A stretch of 22,291 bases of DNA from positions 108,106,200 to 108,128,490 of the forward strand of contig JANKJI020000004.1 of the NCBI GenBank assembly GCA_024626585.2, read 5' to 3'. The notes under the pieces were generated by a model. That model was given only the letters and a program-made list of their open reading frames with translations. It searched no databases and was not told the origin of the DNA. Both the position numbers and the translations under genes were made by a program. This DNA is from Ginkgo biloba (taxonomy: Eukaryota; Plantae; Ginkgophyta). Of the stretch, positions 9,927 through 22,291 are shown piece after piece. How positions within the stretch are numbered: the stretch's first letter is position 1; each line of letters begins with the position of its first letter.

Positions 9927-11499
9927 NNNNNNNNNNNNNNNNNNNNNNNNNNNNNNNNNNNNNNNNNNNNNNNNNNNNNNNNNNNNNNNNNNNNNNNNNN
10001 NNNNNNNNNNNNNNNNNNNNNNNNNNATAACAGGTTAAACATACTAGCACGCTAGATATTCAATATTGTTAAAGCATACAATAAGATTGTTCATGGAAGC
10101 ATAACAACTAAGAGGATAAGAAATAGCATGTCCAGGGAACCAGCTGAAACAAGTTTTAGAGATATTTCAAGTCCCGCAACAGTTTTTATGCTAACAAAAA
10201 TACCAAAGGGTCTTATCAGGAACAAGAACATGCAAAGTCATTCAGTTTGACAGATGATCATCAATAGTAATCCTCTGGAAATAGGAAAACATTGAAACAT
10301 TGTATTTAACGCAATTTCATTCACAAAAATGTAAAAACTTGTATACTTGTTTCATAACTTCTAGTTCTAATATTAGAAGTTTCACAAGAGAAATGCTGCG
10401 TATATCAAGTCATTGAAATTGTTTCAAAGAAAGAGCAATAAGAAAGCTGAATGGGAAAGTGAAACTTCAAAATGCTCAGCAGAAGAATGGATTCAGATCA
10501 AAGTTATGCACCAAATAACTCCAGAAAATGCTTTTCCAGAAAACATACACAACTCTTTGTTCAAGCTGGCCCAATTTCAAAATAGATCCTTGTTAGATGG
10601 ACCGAATAACTGGNNNNNNNNNNNNNTGACCAGTATTCAAAATCATCCGATATCTAGGTGGTCTTATCAAGCAAACTGAGGGATATTTCACTATTTTCTT
10701 GCCAAGCAATTTACCAGACTAATTGAATTTTGATTCAACCTAGCTGAACCATATAGTGCAGCCCTCATTCTAGCTATAACTAGTTGGCTACTAACACTAA
10801 TATCCCAACCACTCAACATCCCTACCAATATGATTTTCTGCTAATCCAGATTTCACACTCATGGTGATGAAAGTGAAATTGTGAACATCTTTATGACAAT
10901 ATTAAGCATATGCATAAAAGGTTCACTTAAGTAAAGAACTTTAACACCTTAGCTTGTTTACCAAATAAATAGTAGGGCAGGACAACTGGGGTTGACTGTT
11001 CTGCATTTAATGCATTAGTTCTGTGACTCGTGGAGTGTCTAGGACAACTGGTTTCATTATCCGGAAACTTGAATTTTAAAGTTTGGCTCTGATTTACAGA
11101 GATGGTTGGGTTTCCATAATTTGGCCAGAACTCAGAAGTTGGCAAAAAAACTAGGTTTTAAGCAAGTTGAAAATTCAAGTCTGGTTCCAAGATTGATTGT
11201 TTCTTCTGCAGTGAGCTTGTATAGGGATTATTCAACTCTGTGATGTATAATGAAAGCCCATCAAATTGATTTTGTATGAGAAATGGAATTCAAATGTGAA
11301 AATTATGTCAGCTCAGTTATGAGCACTATTGAAAGTAGTGATGCCTCCATGAGACCTTGAAATTGTTTAGCTCAGATCAGCTCTTGAATCATCAATGACA
11401 AATTCCAAGCTGCCAATAAGCAACACACACAAATGTTTTTGTAATTTCCTGATAATCATTACTACTCCAAGTTAATATGTTGTATTACAATAAGAAAAT

Positions 11500-12430
11500 A
11501 ATGCAAGCAAAAGCTCCAAAATTGCTGCAGATACTAGATCGCATGCTGAGAAAACTAGAACAAGTACTTAGAAAAGGTTGTCTTTTCCCGGATGCAGTTA
11601 GCAAGACAGTAGCACAGGCGTACAAGTTCTTGGGGAAAGGTCATGAAGGAATACATAAAGACCTTATCTTTACCCTTCATCCCACAGAGTGGAGNNNNNN
11701 NNNNNNNNNNNNNNNNNNNNNNNNNNNNNNNNNNNNNNNNNNNNNNNNNNNNNNNNNNNNNNNNNNNNNNNNNNNNNNNNNNNNNNNNNNNNNNNNNNNN
11801 NNNNNNNNNNNNNNNNNNNNNNNNNNNNNNNNNNNNNNNNNNNNNNNNNNNNNNNNNNNNNNNNNNNNNNNNNNNNNNNNNNNNNNNNNNNNNNNNNNNN
11901 NNNNNNNNNNNNNNNNNNNNNNNNNNNNNNNNNNNNNNNNNNNNNNNNNNNNNNNNNNNNNNNNNNNNNNNNNNNNNNNNNNNNNNNNNNNNNNNNNNNN
12001 NNNNNNNNNNNNNNNNNNNNNNNNNNNNNNNNNNNNNNNNNNNNNNNNNNNNNNNNNNNNNNNNNNNNNNNNNNNNNNNNNNNNNNNNNNNNNNNNNNNN
12101 NNNNNNNNNNNNNNNNNNNNNNNNNNNNNNNNNNNNNNNNNNNNNNNNNNNNNNNNNNNNNNNNNNNNNNNNNNNNNNNNNNNNNNNNNNNNNNNNNNNN
12201 NNNNNNNNNNNNNNNNNNNNNNNNNNNNNNNNNNNNNNNNNNNNNNNNNNNNNNNNNNNNNNNNNNNNNNNNNNNNNNNNNNNNNNNNNNNNNNNNNNNN
12301 NNNNNNNNNNNNNNNNNNNNNNNNNNNNNNNNNNNNNNNNNNNNNNNNGGATCTCTTAGACTTTGAAATCATGAAGATTGGTAGATATGATGCCATTTTA
12401 GGGAAGAAATGGCTATCACAATATGACATT
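11500..12430 (+). pseudogene. Degenerate Ty3/gypsy gag to protease remnant (spans a gap)
   Basis: Weak gag-like LRKLEQ..FSRMQL..SSWGKVMKEY lies before the gap. After it, DFEIMKIGRYDAILGKKWLSQYD matches the retropepsin C-terminal motif D.ILG..WL. Confidence 0.6.
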
Positions 12431-12458
12431 CATGCTTTGATGTGGCCCCAAACTCTAG

Positions 12459-12518
12459 GGATCACTCTCATAGGCTTAGCACATTCCCTGGATCACTCCT
12501 ATAGGCTAGCAAATATTC
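12459..12518. repeat. Imperfect ~30-bp tandem duplication
   Basis: ggatcactctcataggcttagcacattc / ggatcactcctataggctagcaaatattc. Confidence 0.7.
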
Positions 12519-13783
12519 AATGGAACAGCCATACACACACATGCCACCCAGTATAGCAATCACAGGTCATGGTACTCTCTTGTTGGTTAGAAACTGACAG
12601 ATTGCTACAAGCCACATATAAACTCCAAGAACTCTAGCCCTAGCTCTAGCCACATTCTAGCTCATGATTTCCCCTGGGCCAGTGCTTCTAGAAGGATGAG
12701 TAGGAAACTGTCAAGTACTGCTGTTTTTTGTTATGACTTGAATTCTACATACATACTAAAGCCCACTGTCTCATTGTCTCATTTTATGGTCAAAGCATCA
12801 AATACAAACTAATGAAAGAAAAAACATAAACAGGCATGTACCTTCATTACCATATACAAATCATTCAACTATAGTAGTAGGGCTATAAACTGATAGGAAT
12901 GTTTGCACTGTTGTTGGAAAGAGGGAGTGAGAGAAAGAAACCAATATGTCTGTGTTGGAATCTTGAGTTTCAAAAAAAATGGACTAACTCCCATAATGTT
13001 GATCGGTCTAAAAACAAAGGTTAAGGGCAAAGATGTTTATTGAAGTCCATGCATCACAATGCTTTCCCAATCCCATGATTATTCCATAAGCGTAATATGC
13101 TTGTTGATCTACCTTGGGCTACAACACCAATGCTTTGCTCTTGAATCCATGCTTGTAACTACTTCAGACACTTTGTCAGAAACAACAAACACATATATGC
13201 AAAGCAACTAGAAAATAATTGTCTGTGTAACAGTAGCATAATATCAGAAAGACAGCACGTATCTTTCATACACCTTATGCCTTGGTATTGTTGTGACACT
13301 AACTCTGGACTTTTACAATGGTTCCCCTACATGCAGAAAAAGGGCTCTGTTACTCTACTAGTCATACATCATGGATGAGCAAGGACTCAATGAGGAGGGA
13401 ACATACTTGACTCCATCCTGCTGAACAATTTGCATGAAAATAATGGATGACATTTTAATACTCTGCCCTTGCATATGTACAAAAAGTGTCATGCTACTAC
13501 TGGACCACCTCTGCTAGCTGATGCTATGTCGTTGTAGGCCTTGGTCGTCATGGTCAACCATGAATGATTATTGTGGCAATGCAGTTAAGGCAACAAATCA
13601 ACATCTGAAACCCAAGTGTTTCTCTCAGGCATTTGTTACTTGGGTTTATGTACTTTGACTGTTTGGAACCCAAGCATCTAATTGACAACATTCATAAATG
13701 ATTGCATATGTCCCTATAATTATACCTCTTCCTCTCTGCCTTGCAGTCGTCCTTAACTACATCACCTCTTGATACAGACAAAG

Positions 13784-13862
13784 AAGGCATGGATATTGGT
13801 GAAAGAGTCTTGTGTCAGCCCATATTGCATGGGTGCCCCACTCTTGACTTCAGTAGGTACTA
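13784..13862 (-). pseudogene. Chromodomain-like remnant (integrase C-terminus)
   Basis: *YLLKSRVG / (+1 shift) THAIWADTRLFHQYPCL compares with the chromovirus pattern QYLVKW.G....ATWE...L..QFP.L. It lies just before the downstream LTR-like repeat. Confidence 0.45.
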
Positions 13863-13979
13863 GAAAGGGTTTAGGCAAGTCATTCATGTAAAATCAGGGG
13901 CACAAATGCCTAGTCACCTCAAAAACATAATAGCCTGAATGTTTAAACACAATTGAAGCATTTTCAACCCCGATGCTTC

Positions 13980-14165
13980 CTATATTGTAAGATGTTCTCC
14001 AATTGCCATGAACATAAGTGCAAGCCCCTTCCAATTGATCACTAGGCAACATTGGTGGAACCATTCGATACCCAATATCATATCTACCCCTCCAAGTCGT
14101 GCTATGCAAACCTCTATCTTCTTAGTATATTGATGGATCCAATATTCAAAATCAACAACCTTCAT
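13980..14165 (-). pseudogene. Ty3/gypsy aspartic protease C-terminal half
   Basis: IARLGGVDMILGIEWF..VINWKGLALMF matches the retropepsin motif LGG.D.ILG..WL...I.W....F. Confidence 0.8.
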
Positions 14166-16046
14166 CTTGACGGTGAACTAGTTGAATTCCTCAGTATAGG
14201 CCTCAATACTCTAGCCAACTCTCTCCCTAAGGTATTNNNNNNNNNNNNNNNNNNNNNNNNNNNNNNNNNNNNNNNNNNNNNNNNNNNNNNNNNNNNNNNN
14301 NNNNNNNNNNNNNNNNNNNNNNNNNNNNNNNNNNNNNNNNNNNNNNNNNNNNNNNNNNNNNNNNNNNNNNNNNNNNNNNNNNNNNNNNNNNNNNNNNNNN
14401 NNNNNNNNNNNNNNNNNNNNNNNNNNNNNNNNNNNNNNNNNNNNNNNNNNNNNNNNNNNNNNNNNNNNNNNNNNNNNNNNNNNNNNNNNNNNNNNNNNNN
14501 NNNNNNNNNNNNNNNNNNNNNNNNNNNNNNNNNNNNNNNNNNNNNNNNNNNNNNNNNNNNNNNNNNNNNNNNNNNNNNNNNNNNNNNNNNNNNNNNNNNN
14601 NNNNNNNNNNNNNNNNNNNNNNNNNNNNNNNNNNNNNNNNNNNNNNNNNNNNNNNNNNNNNNNNNNNNNNNNNNNNNNNNNNNNNNNNNNNNNNNNNNNN
14701 NNNNNNNNNNNNNNNNNNNNNNNNNNNNNNNNNNNNNNNNNNNNNNNNNNNNNNNNNNNNNNNNNNNNNNNNNNNNNNNNNNNNNNNNNNNNNNNNNNNN
14801 NNNNNNNNNNNNNNNNNNNNNNNNNNNNNNNNNNNNNNNNNNNNNNNNNNNNNNNNNNNNNNNNNNNNNNNNNNNNNNNNNNNNNNNNNNNNNNNNNNNN
14901 NNNNNNNNNNNNNNNNNNNNNNNNNNNNNNNNNNNNNNNNNNNNNNNNNNNNNNNNNNNNNNNNNNNNNNNNNNNNNNNNNNNNNNNNNNNNNNNNNNNN
15001 NNNNNNNNGTTTTCTTGACCACTAGGAAATGATTTTCAAAGTATAAAATCAATGAGATAAGTGCCTCATGAGACACTCTCCCATTGCATTCTTGCCACTA
15101 TATCTTTTTGTTGAAATCTTCCAAGGTACAACTCTACTGGTGATTGTACTTTGCAATGAAATGTGAATTTGTCCAAATCTTGTCCAATATCGTTTGCATA
15201 AAGTCATGTGTTGAGCTTCTATTGCTTCATGGTATTTTTTCTGCTACTTCATAGACCTCCCTTGCTCAGTTGCTTTCCGTTCTTATTTGTTGCCCAACAA
15301 AAATTATTGGAAAAATTACAGCAGTGCAACAATTTGTCCTGCGTCACCCTCCATGATAATATCAAACCATGCCTTGAGCATCGAAGGAATAGAAATCTGC
15401 CACTAACTCCAAGTTATCCGAACCCTGACTCTTATACCAATGTAACTACTTGCCCCAGATTGACAGAAATAGCTCATGTTACAATAGTACGAATTCCCAA
15501 GGCCTCCAAGAGATACTTCTTGTCATACTATTACATTTGGACTAGCTATTTTTCAGTAACTCAATTTTATTTGCAATTGCTCCCTCGCATATCAGGAAAG
15601 TGCTTTGTTATTCTACTATTCTCCCTCGAGGGATCAATAGGGAATAAAAAATGTGTGGACACGAGTGACTTCATCCTTCCAAATTACTGGACCAAAAAAA
15701 ATAATACCATTCTGACACTCTTTGCTCATATGTATATGTGAAGGGTCTTGCTCCTACTGGACCACCTTTGTTGGCTGATGCATTCCCCTAGGCCTAGATT
15801 ATCACGCCCAATAGTGAATGTTTATTGTCACAGTACTGATCTCTGTAAATTGGGAATGCTGGAACCCAAGCATCAATACCCAGCTGTATGGAAACCAGGC
15901 ACTCAACATGTGCATCAGTAGTTCAGCATCCAGGGCATGTGATACCCAAGTTTGGCACCCATAGATATTCAAGCATCAAGTAACCATACCTGAGGTCCTT
16001 GACAATCACAAAATTTCTATAGTTGATTGCTTACCTTCACCGCCAT

Positions 16047-16111
16047 TCAACTTTGCTCGCAATACCATCAACTTTGCTCGCCATACCATCAACAAATCGG
16101 CATTCCATCAA
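16047..16111. repeat. 21-bp tandem repeat (2 near-perfect units plus 1 degenerate)
   Basis: tcaactttgctcgcaatacca / tcaactttgctcgccatacca / tcaacaaatcggcattcca. Confidence 0.85.
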
Positions 16112-17756
16112 TTCCAAACAATCTCCTGTTTTCTATTCAATGACTTGAAACTTAACCCACAAACATTCCAACATAAAATCTTATTTCCTTTTCATCTACA
16201 CAGCTTTTGGAAAGGGTATGCTCATATACCAAGCATCCTCTACAATGCTTGGCATCAGATCCACATTTGTATTTAATGACACCCCCGACAACAGCCTTGT
16301 TTTTCCATTAACAATTAATTAATGGAAGACATTCATGTATTTATGTCATATTGGCTATTTTTGAAGCCAAGATCTCAACCATGTAACTACTGATGATTAT
16401 AATGGCTTTCTCTCCAGTTGTGAAGGAAGAATTTCATTGTATAGGGAAGGTCTATCTATCAATTAGGAAGTATCATGATTTTGCAATGGACATGCATAAT
16501 TTGAGTGAATGTCTTTGTTTAACAAGATAAACAAATGGTGGTAAGAGAATTGTGCTTTAGTGAATGAGATTCAGACAAGGTTATTATAATGGTGAAATCT
16601 AATTAAAAGGCATTTGGTGCCCACAGTCCTTGACATATTTTGACACTTGAAAATTGTGGAAATGAAGCAGACTGAAGGACGTCTCATCATTCACAAGAAG
16701 GATCCCCAAATCAGAGTTTAAGCCCATTTTAAAAACTATCCAGAAATGCAATCTTACCATTTGGGTTTGCAGCCGAGGCATTTTTCATTGCAGGCATTCA
16801 AAATTTTTAAATCTGCTTCTTAGCATGTTTGAGTATGGAACTCTACTACATTCATCTAAAATAATTCATCTGAGGGATCCGGAATTGAAGAGTTAGACGC
16901 ACTTATGTTGGTAAAAATGGCAAATTTCTGCACTTTTCCTTGTTGAGTCCCAAGAATAGGTCTTCTATGCATTTATGATTGGCAGAAATTATGGTGAGAC
17001 AGGTGTAATGTTAGCATGATGTCATTGGCTCCATTCTGGTGGAAAATTGGGCAAAGATGGTGTATAATGCCCTTTTATGTGCTAATAGTGAATATTTGAA
17101 AAATGTATTTTAATACCATGTAAGATATAAATCTTGGAATAAGGTCATAGGCATAGTTTTGTACACCCAAGTTTCTACCTAAGGATATCCTAGACCAACC
17201 TACTGGAATCACAAGTCACATAAGAAGAAGTGACTATTGTAAACAAAATTTTGCACCCATCAAGTGAAGATAGTTCAAAAAGAATGAACCAAAGTTAGTT
17301 CAAAACAAAGTTTGATAGCACACCAATTCTACTAAGACAACATTGTAGTATCCAAAGTAGCAAGTCATTTAGCTAAAGGCGGTCCACAATCCACTAGTAC
17401 TGATTAACCAAAGACAACACTTAAACCTCAACAAGTAATCATGATCATCATTTAGTAGAATTGGTGCCCTTAGAATGTAGCAATGAGCTCTTGAGCAAAG
17501 ACTAAAAAAGTATGTTGGAATTGGAGTCAAACGAGCTATGATGAGTGATATGGATTCCCAACAACAAAAATCTAGGGTAGTAGGAGTGCATCATATGTTG
17601 TCCCTTACCCCATTGTTTTTTCAAAGTCATTTCATTGCTCCCATGCTCATTATGATTGTTGAACATAGACCGGTTGAAACTTCGCTACTAGGTCTAAGCC
17701 TTGTACTGAGGCAGAATATAAATAGGCACCAAGTAGAAAAATGGAAAGGATGACAC

Positions 17757-18134
17757 TGTCAACAGTTACACAATTGCGAGAAAAGGTGTTTGATTTTTTA
17801 ATAAATCCACAGGCATTCAAATGATTTTTTAATAAATCCACAGGCATTCAAATATAAATCTGCACAATACAGATTTCACATAACACATAAAATTATGCTC
17901 AGGATTCACAATAAAACAAACAATTGCATCTATTCATATGAGGAGCTATCTTGCATACTGCAAAATAGCTCCTAAGACTGGCTCTATCTGGGAGCAGCCT
18001 TTTACAATCCTCATTCAAATATCACCATTAAAACCATCTTGTGACTCTTCAGTTTTGTCTTCCAGTGACCATTGGCTCTTCACATTCAACCAATAATAAT
18101 TAATGAATATAATTTTATATTCTAACACCCCCCC
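17757..18134 (-). mobile_element. Copia-like 3' LTR (~370 bp) with PPT
   Basis: The minus strand reads GGGGGGG (18134-18128) then TGTTAGAA (18127) ... CTGTTGACA (17757). The internal side falls into the gap. Superfamily is inferred only from terminal/PPT style. Confidence 0.55.
17791..17852. repeat. Perfect 31-bp tandem duplication
   Basis: tgattttttaataaatccacaggcattcaaa x2. Confidence 0.95.
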
Positions 18135-19250
18135 ATAAAATAATNNNNNNNNNNNNNNNNNNNNNNNNNNNNNNNNNNNNNNNNNNNNNNNNNNNNNNNN
18201 NNNNNNNNNNNNNNNNNNNNNNNNNNNNNNNNNNNNNNNNNNNNNNNNNNNNNNNNNNNNNNNNNNNNNNNNNNNNNNNNNNNNNNNNNNNNNNNNNNNN
18301 NNNNNNNNNNNNNNNNNNNNNNNNNNNNNNNNNNNNNNNNNNNNNNNNNNNNNNNNNNNNNNNNNNNNNNNNNNNNNNNNNNNNNNNNNNNNNNNNNNNN
18401 NNNNNNNNNNNNNNNNNNNNNNNNNNNNNNNNNNNNNNNNNNNNNNNNNNNNNNNNNNNNNNNNNNNNNNNNNNNNNNNNNNNNNNNNNNNNNNNNNNNN
18501 NNNNNNNNNNNNNNNNNNNNNNNNNNNNNNNNNNNNNNNNNNNNNNNNNNNNNNNNNNNNNNNNNNNNNNNNNNNNNNNNNNNNNNNNNNNNNNNNNNNN
18601 NNNNNNNNNNNCCAGAGTAACTGATTTCGTATCTAAAGTCTGCTAGAATGTCTATTTTGATCCATGGCTGTTATTCATCAACAATGTTGTCATCGTAGGA
18701 CACCAATGTTGGTTCACATTGAACTAGCCTGTTGGTGAATAGTATGTACATTTCCATACATGATTTTGACATTTTTTTACCCAATTCCATAAAGACATTT
18801 TAATCAACAACTCTATAAGAAATCTTGTTATTCAGAAACAGAGAAGTAGCTTGCTCTTGCACCAATGTTGATCAGCTTGCCATAATTGAACCATATTAAT
18901 AATGTGTCGGGCCTTGGGGTTTGAACATGTAAGACCTTTCTTACAGATTTTACCATCCAGAGTTTTCCGAATTGAGTTTTTTAAAGCCTGCATCTCCAAA
19001 GAAATAGATAGGTAACCTAAATAATTAGAGGAGGTTGAAACTTAATCAACACGGACAACCTTTAGAGATCTAGAGTTGACAAGCCAATTAAAAGAATTGT
19101 TCACTCTTGAGAAACAACGACATAGTTCCACAACTGACAACACTAATGAAGTTAATAGCCACAACGAATTTTTCAAAAGATGATAAGACAAAAAATAGTT
19201 CAACCAAGGAGGTACAAAAGATAGCTAGCACACAGTTGAACATCAAAGAC

Positions 19251-19640
19251 AAGGATCCTAAAGTCGACTTGGTGATCATTAATTATGAAGTACCATATAT
19301 CATATTCGACTTAGGATCCTAGTTGAATATCTTACCTAAAGCTACTTGATATACCATTGGAGCCCCTATATTTGTTCCAACATTAAACTATTTAAAATTG
19401 GTTGACCAGAAGATGGTAGAAACCATTGGACTTCTATCAAGTGCTACCATAGACTTGCAAGGGGTGTAAGTCAGGTCATATTTTGAAGTGTTAGACTTGT
19501 AAGGATTCTAAGGATCATATACAACACTGGTAGGGTGTCCATAGGAATATCAAATGTAAGTGTCACTCAACCTCAAAAAGGAAAGGATGAAATTTAAGGG
19601 CCATGGAATGAAGATACTTATCTTGTTAAGGGGGAAATTA
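19251..19640 (+). pseudogene. Degenerate Athila/Tat-type Ty3/gypsy aspartic protease
   Basis: KDPKVDLVIINYEVPYIIFDLGS*LNILPKAT*YTIGAPIFVPTLNYLKLVDQKMVETIGLL..FEVLDL..SYTTLVGCP*..LNLKKERMKFKG. The catalytic DLGS is at 19308-19319 and the LVGRPW-like motif is present. There are many stops. Confidence 0.85.
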
Positions 19641-19860
19641 GGAGTAGGACAATGAGAATTTATGAAAGATATTGTCACCATTAAAGAAACATACCAAACA
19701 AAAATGCAAGAAGACCATGAATCAACCGAAGAAGGAAAAATTCCCCTACCTAGCCCGACCNNNNNNNNNNNNNNNNNNNNNNNNNNNNNNNNNNNNNNNN
19801 NNNNNNNNNNNNNNNNNNNNNNNNNNNNNNNNNNNNNNNNNNNNNNNNNNNNNNNNNNNN

Positions 19861-22200
19861 CCATTGTACCTTCTAGTCTACTAGGAAGTCTTTCGCATAC
19901 ATGGTTCATCAACAATTCTCAGACTTGAGGCAGTTTATCAACCTCTTCATTCTTCTTTTTGAATTCAACCATTTGCTTCTTTGATTAGTACTGAAAAGCC
20001 TGACCGAGAGAGTCCATAGTTAGTGTGCTTCTCGACAGTCCCACTCCAGCAACACATTTTCGTTTTGGGGAGCACATAGAACATCAGAATGGTTCTATTC
20101 CACTTAATCTCTTTGGTAACTTTTTGTCAAAAAGACTTTCTTTGCAATATGACTTTAAAGTTTAAAGCATATTAAACTTGGGTCAACCTAGATTATACCC
20201 TTTCTTTTGAAATAATTTATTTAGGCTCTTCCATCTCCATCCTCTGTATGGGCATCCGTGATTTGGCTGAGTAGAGTAACTTTTGTAGTGATTTGTTACA
20301 CTAATGAAGTAAAGGTCTTGAAACCAATCCTAGCTATTTTCTTGAAAGATTGTCCATTCCTTCCATGAGAGCAGCTGACATAGAACCTGTGAATCCATAA
20401 CCAAACAGAAGAGTTCTTCTCTAAGCTGAAGGAATCAAATGAAAACCCCTCAAAATGGGATACTATATTCAAACACTACTTGATCCCATTGCTCATTGTA
20501 GATTCTGATGATATTTGACCACTGGCTTATTGCTGTGATGTTACAAACTGCCAAAACACAGGAAAAGGTAGGGCTGACCCATGCCACCAATCCCAACTAC
20601 TATAGTGCTTACTAACTAATCCTTCAATAATGCTCAAACCTGGCAAATACACTCCCTCTCCCTCAGCTCGCAATTGTCTTTGGTGCTTCTCTTTGTATCA
20701 ATTGTGTCAAGGCTATGGAGATTCTATGAAGGATAGTTCATTGACCCACCTACAGCTTATGATGGCATGCCCTGCAGTTAACTCATTACCATCACTGCCA
20801 AGTGCTTTGTGGTTCTAGTTTTTGCTTCTCTATGAGTTCGGTGTGCCTTCCTCTGTCTGAAGTATGTGATAATGAAAGTTTCTGAGAAAACTTATTTTAT
20901 TTCTCATTTTGCTTTTTTCTTATGCTTGGACGGTTTGCAAACTATAGCCTTCTTGCAACCATCCTTGGAGTTCTTAAATCCAACTACCTCTCTATATCTA
21001 CTCTGGATCTGTAGTCGGCTTTTCCAACCCTGCAATTTGTCATTGTGTTTGGATCTTGATGTGTGGTTTCCTTCTCTAGTTTCCTACTGAAAGTGTAGCC
21101 CCAGTCATCACTGTGAATGTGGCTAATATTGCCTAACATTTCTTGCATGGTTGTGCCTTTCACTTTCCCACAGTAACAATTGCTTCTCTAGGCTATTGTG
21201 ACTATTGTGATGTTTAGCATTGCTTGCCTTTATAACTACTAGTGTTAGTGTAGCTTATTGTTTCACTTGAAATTACTAGAGTCATAACCTCATATTTGGC
21301 CCTTGTGCATTGTTGTGCCACCTTGATTATCATGCATGATTGTTGCAACTTTCTGGGTTGAAGCATTGATGAGAAGTGAATGGTTTGATTCCAAACCAAT
21401 CATCTGTGAGGATGCAGCCACAAGGATCCTGTTCTCTCCGTTTTTTCTCCCACAGTGGCTATAATTATACTGAGTTGTCAAATTTTCTATTTTTTATGAC
21501 ATTCTACTATTTTTGGGCCACACAACCAACCAATCTCTGAGATATTGCTTGGCCTATGCCACCATTTCAAGTTGCTTTGGTGTTCATGGAAATCAACCAC
21601 ACTAGCTTTGTTCTTCACTTTAAAGGGATAAAGCATGTTAATTAGTGAGGTTGAAATGGGATTCTCTATGCCCATCCCTAATAAAAATTGTATTCTCAAA
21701 GTCATCTTCTTGGTTTCAAATGTAAGGGCCAAATTCAGTCTGTTATAGCGTAAGAGTTCTCAAAGTTCTACTAAATGTTTAGACATGTTTAGAGAAATCT
21801 ACTGAATATTTGAGTAAGAGTCACTATTTGAATGTCTATTCACCATACTAACCCTAGATACTTGAGGATGAAAAGCCACAAATTAGTTTTTGCCTTTTTC
21901 CACTGCCAAAAAAAAGTATGAAACAAATTGCAAATTCTTCCCAAGAATCAAAAGGGTCCTTCATCCTTGAAATCCATGTCAACATTTTGCCACCATTCTC
22001 TTGCCCTCCCTCAAATGGAAGTTACACAATGTTTTCCTCCTTGAATTTAGGACATTACATAGAATATTGTTCAATTTGATACAAGTGAAAATCACTTTCC
22101 ACAACAACTTATCAACAAAATCGCACTTTGCAATAGCAAAAAGAGGTAGCTATGTTGTTGATTTTACATTCAAGTTCCCCTTGAGACATGTTGAGCATTC
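19861..22200 (-). pseudogene. Highly degenerate Ty3/gypsy gag-(protease)-pre-RT remnant
   Basis: The minus strand gives gag motifs LCNFHL..AREWWQ (~22004-21987) and DSWEEFAICF (~21950-21920), and IQFLLGM (~21690). A decayed C..CGK knuckle lies at ~21170, and a pre-RT-like PQV*ELL..ERLPS at ~19930-19880. Only the gag part is well supported. Confidence 0.5.
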
Positions 22201-22291
22201 ATGCCAATTGCTAAGCCAAATGGACCACCTTTACACTTCTCTATTTCAATGAGCTTGCATTGATCCTTCTTGTCTTCTTGATGGTGATGTG

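Larger units (their letters stand above)
13456..16200 (-). mobile_element. Internally deleted chromovirus-like LTR element: LTR-PBS-gag-(gap)-protease-chromodomain remnant-LTR
   Basis: Diverged direct repeats start at 13456 and 15713 (shared ctactggaccacct..gctgatgc..taggcct..tgaatg.ttattgt, roughly 70% identical by eye). The minus strand reads ...GTGTCA gaa TGGTAT at 15713/15709, an LTR end plus degenerate Met PBS. A gag-like region lies at 15010-15400, then protease and a chromodomain-like segment. Outer ends are uncertain and no TSD was found. Confidence 0.55.

Noticed and set aside
10356-10381. Palindrome ttctaatattagaa
   Set aside because: It is short and AT-rich, plausible by chance.
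12830-13440. Possible small minus-strand exons with AG/GT-like borders
   Set aside because: The translations are unrecognisable, and splice-like motifs are expected by chance.
3243-15076. Long ORF-track entries made mostly of X (e.g. 3243-4031, 11477-12556, 14052-15032)
   Set aside because: They are artefacts of reading through N gaps.
15208-15741. 177-aa plus-strand ORF
   Set aside because: It has a non-ATG start and no recognisable domain, and lies antisense to the gag/5' UTR of the minus-strand element.
20575-20605. Minus-strand VVGIGGMG (NB-ARC P-loop-like) and DWW (kinase subdomain IX-like) in alternative frames
   Set aside because: Neither continues (no GKTT, no FGIFL or GTHEYLAPE). 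They are chance matches within a decayed retroelement.

Overview
This window looks like AT-rich, repeat-dense land-plant nuclear DNA; a large gymnosperm-like genome is inferred from element types and decay, not proven. It appears to come from a fragmented draft scaffold, because five N-runs are exactly 100 bp (2112-2211, 4980-5079, 8423-8522, 9927-10026, 19761-19860), which is typical of gaps of unknown size. Most of the window is decayed LTR retrotransposon sequence. It holds an Athila/Tat-type element remnant (LTR-like end with a ~107-bp tandem array, PBS, integrase, PPT, 605-bp LTR) and CRM-like chromovirus gag and RT remnants. It also holds an internally deleted minus-strand chromovirus-like element, a Copia-like LTR, a Tat-type protease and two further gag/protease remnants. 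The only host-gene sequence is an intact but 5'-truncated C-terminal fragment of an AGCVIII/D6PK-type kinase (8732-9115, minus), joined head-to-head to the CRM-like pol. I see no convincing new multi-gene system; the kinase-retrotransposon chimera is the best lead. All protein assignments come from manual translation and recalled family motifs, not database searches.
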